DNA of 37,311 bases from Priapulus caudatus (Eukaryota). Location: assembly GCF_000485595.1 (NCBI RefSeq), contig NW_014577069.1:16742-54052 (forward strand). Direction: 5' to 3'. Shown in pieces: positions 36,775-37,311 of the stretch. Both the position numbers and the translations under genes were made by a program. Within the stretch, counting starts at the first letter, position 1. Every line of letters begins with the position of its first letter. The notes below the pieces were generated by a model. That model saw only the letters and a program-made list of their open reading frames with translations, did no database searches and was not told where the DNA came from.

Positions 36775-37125
36775 GAGCACCCGCACCCGCACACACAAAC
36801 ACACAAACACACGCTCGTTCGCACACGCACGTCTATATACCTACGCACACACGCAAGCACTCGCACGCACACGCACATCACACAAGCATACGCACGCACG
36901 CACGCACGCACGTCCATACCTACGCACACACGCAAGCACTCACACGCACACGCACATCACACAAGCATACGCACGCACGCACGCACGCACGTCCATACCT
37001 ACGCACACACGCAAGCACTCACACGCACACGCACATCACACAAGCATACGCACGCACGCACGTCCATACGTACGCACACGCGCGCGCACACACGCACACA
37101 CACACGCACACACACGCACACACAT
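36775..37125. repeat. (CA/CGCA)n microsatellite with ~79-bp higher-order unit x3
   Basis: atacctacgcacacacgcaagcactc recurs near 36837, 36916 and 36995. Confidence 0.9.
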
Positions 37126-37130
37126 GCATG

Positions 37131-37311
37131 TCCTTGGCGGAGGTAACAAACTAACAGGGACGAAAACATAACCTCCTTGGCGGCTGTAACAAACTAACAG
37201 GGGCGAAAACATAACCTCCTTGGCGGCCGTAACAAACTAACAGGGGCGAAAACATAACCTCCTTGGCGGAGGTACAAACGAACAGGGGCGAAAACATAAC
37301 CTCCTTGGCGG
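37131..37311. repeat. 43-bp minisatellite (at least 4 units) built on the hairpin acctcc-ttggc-ggaggt
   Basis: Unit tccttggcggaggtaacaaactaacaggggcgaaaacataacc; runs off the window end. Confidence 0.92.

Noticed and set aside
37131..37311. CRISPR-like regular repeats
   Set aside because: Whole 43-bp units repeat with no unique spacers; no cas genes; eukaryotic context

Overview
Draft-quality animal (probably invertebrate) genomic scaffold with N gaps and stretches that look like uncorrected long-read gap fill; nothing here is prokaryotic. The main content is a tandem cluster of three + strand paralogues (A ~3.8-6.9 kb, B 28.1-31.3 kb, C 31.5-34.1 kb). Each has one large exon of recently amplified alternating ankyrin repeats, a shared phase-0 intron, and a terminal exon ending in a FEM-1-type BC-box/Cul2-box (read directly in B and C; in A it falls in a gap). 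They look like Elongin BC-Cullin2 E3 substrate receptors whose ankyrin arrays differ in repeat number (about 9, 15 and 13 internal repeats) and vary mostly at predicted binding-surface positions. Copy B carries an in-frame TAA, copy C lacks its 5' end, and copy A is interrupted by gaps with a hAT-like insertion in its last codons. The rest is transposon-rich: many MITE/foldback elements, a Gypsy integrase relic, a 5'-truncated CR1/L2-group LINE, and micro/minisatellites. About 8.1-12.3 kb and probably 14.5-15.6 kb are noisy redundant copies. The species cannot be named from the sequence, and TE superfamily calls rest only on termini and TSDs read by eye.
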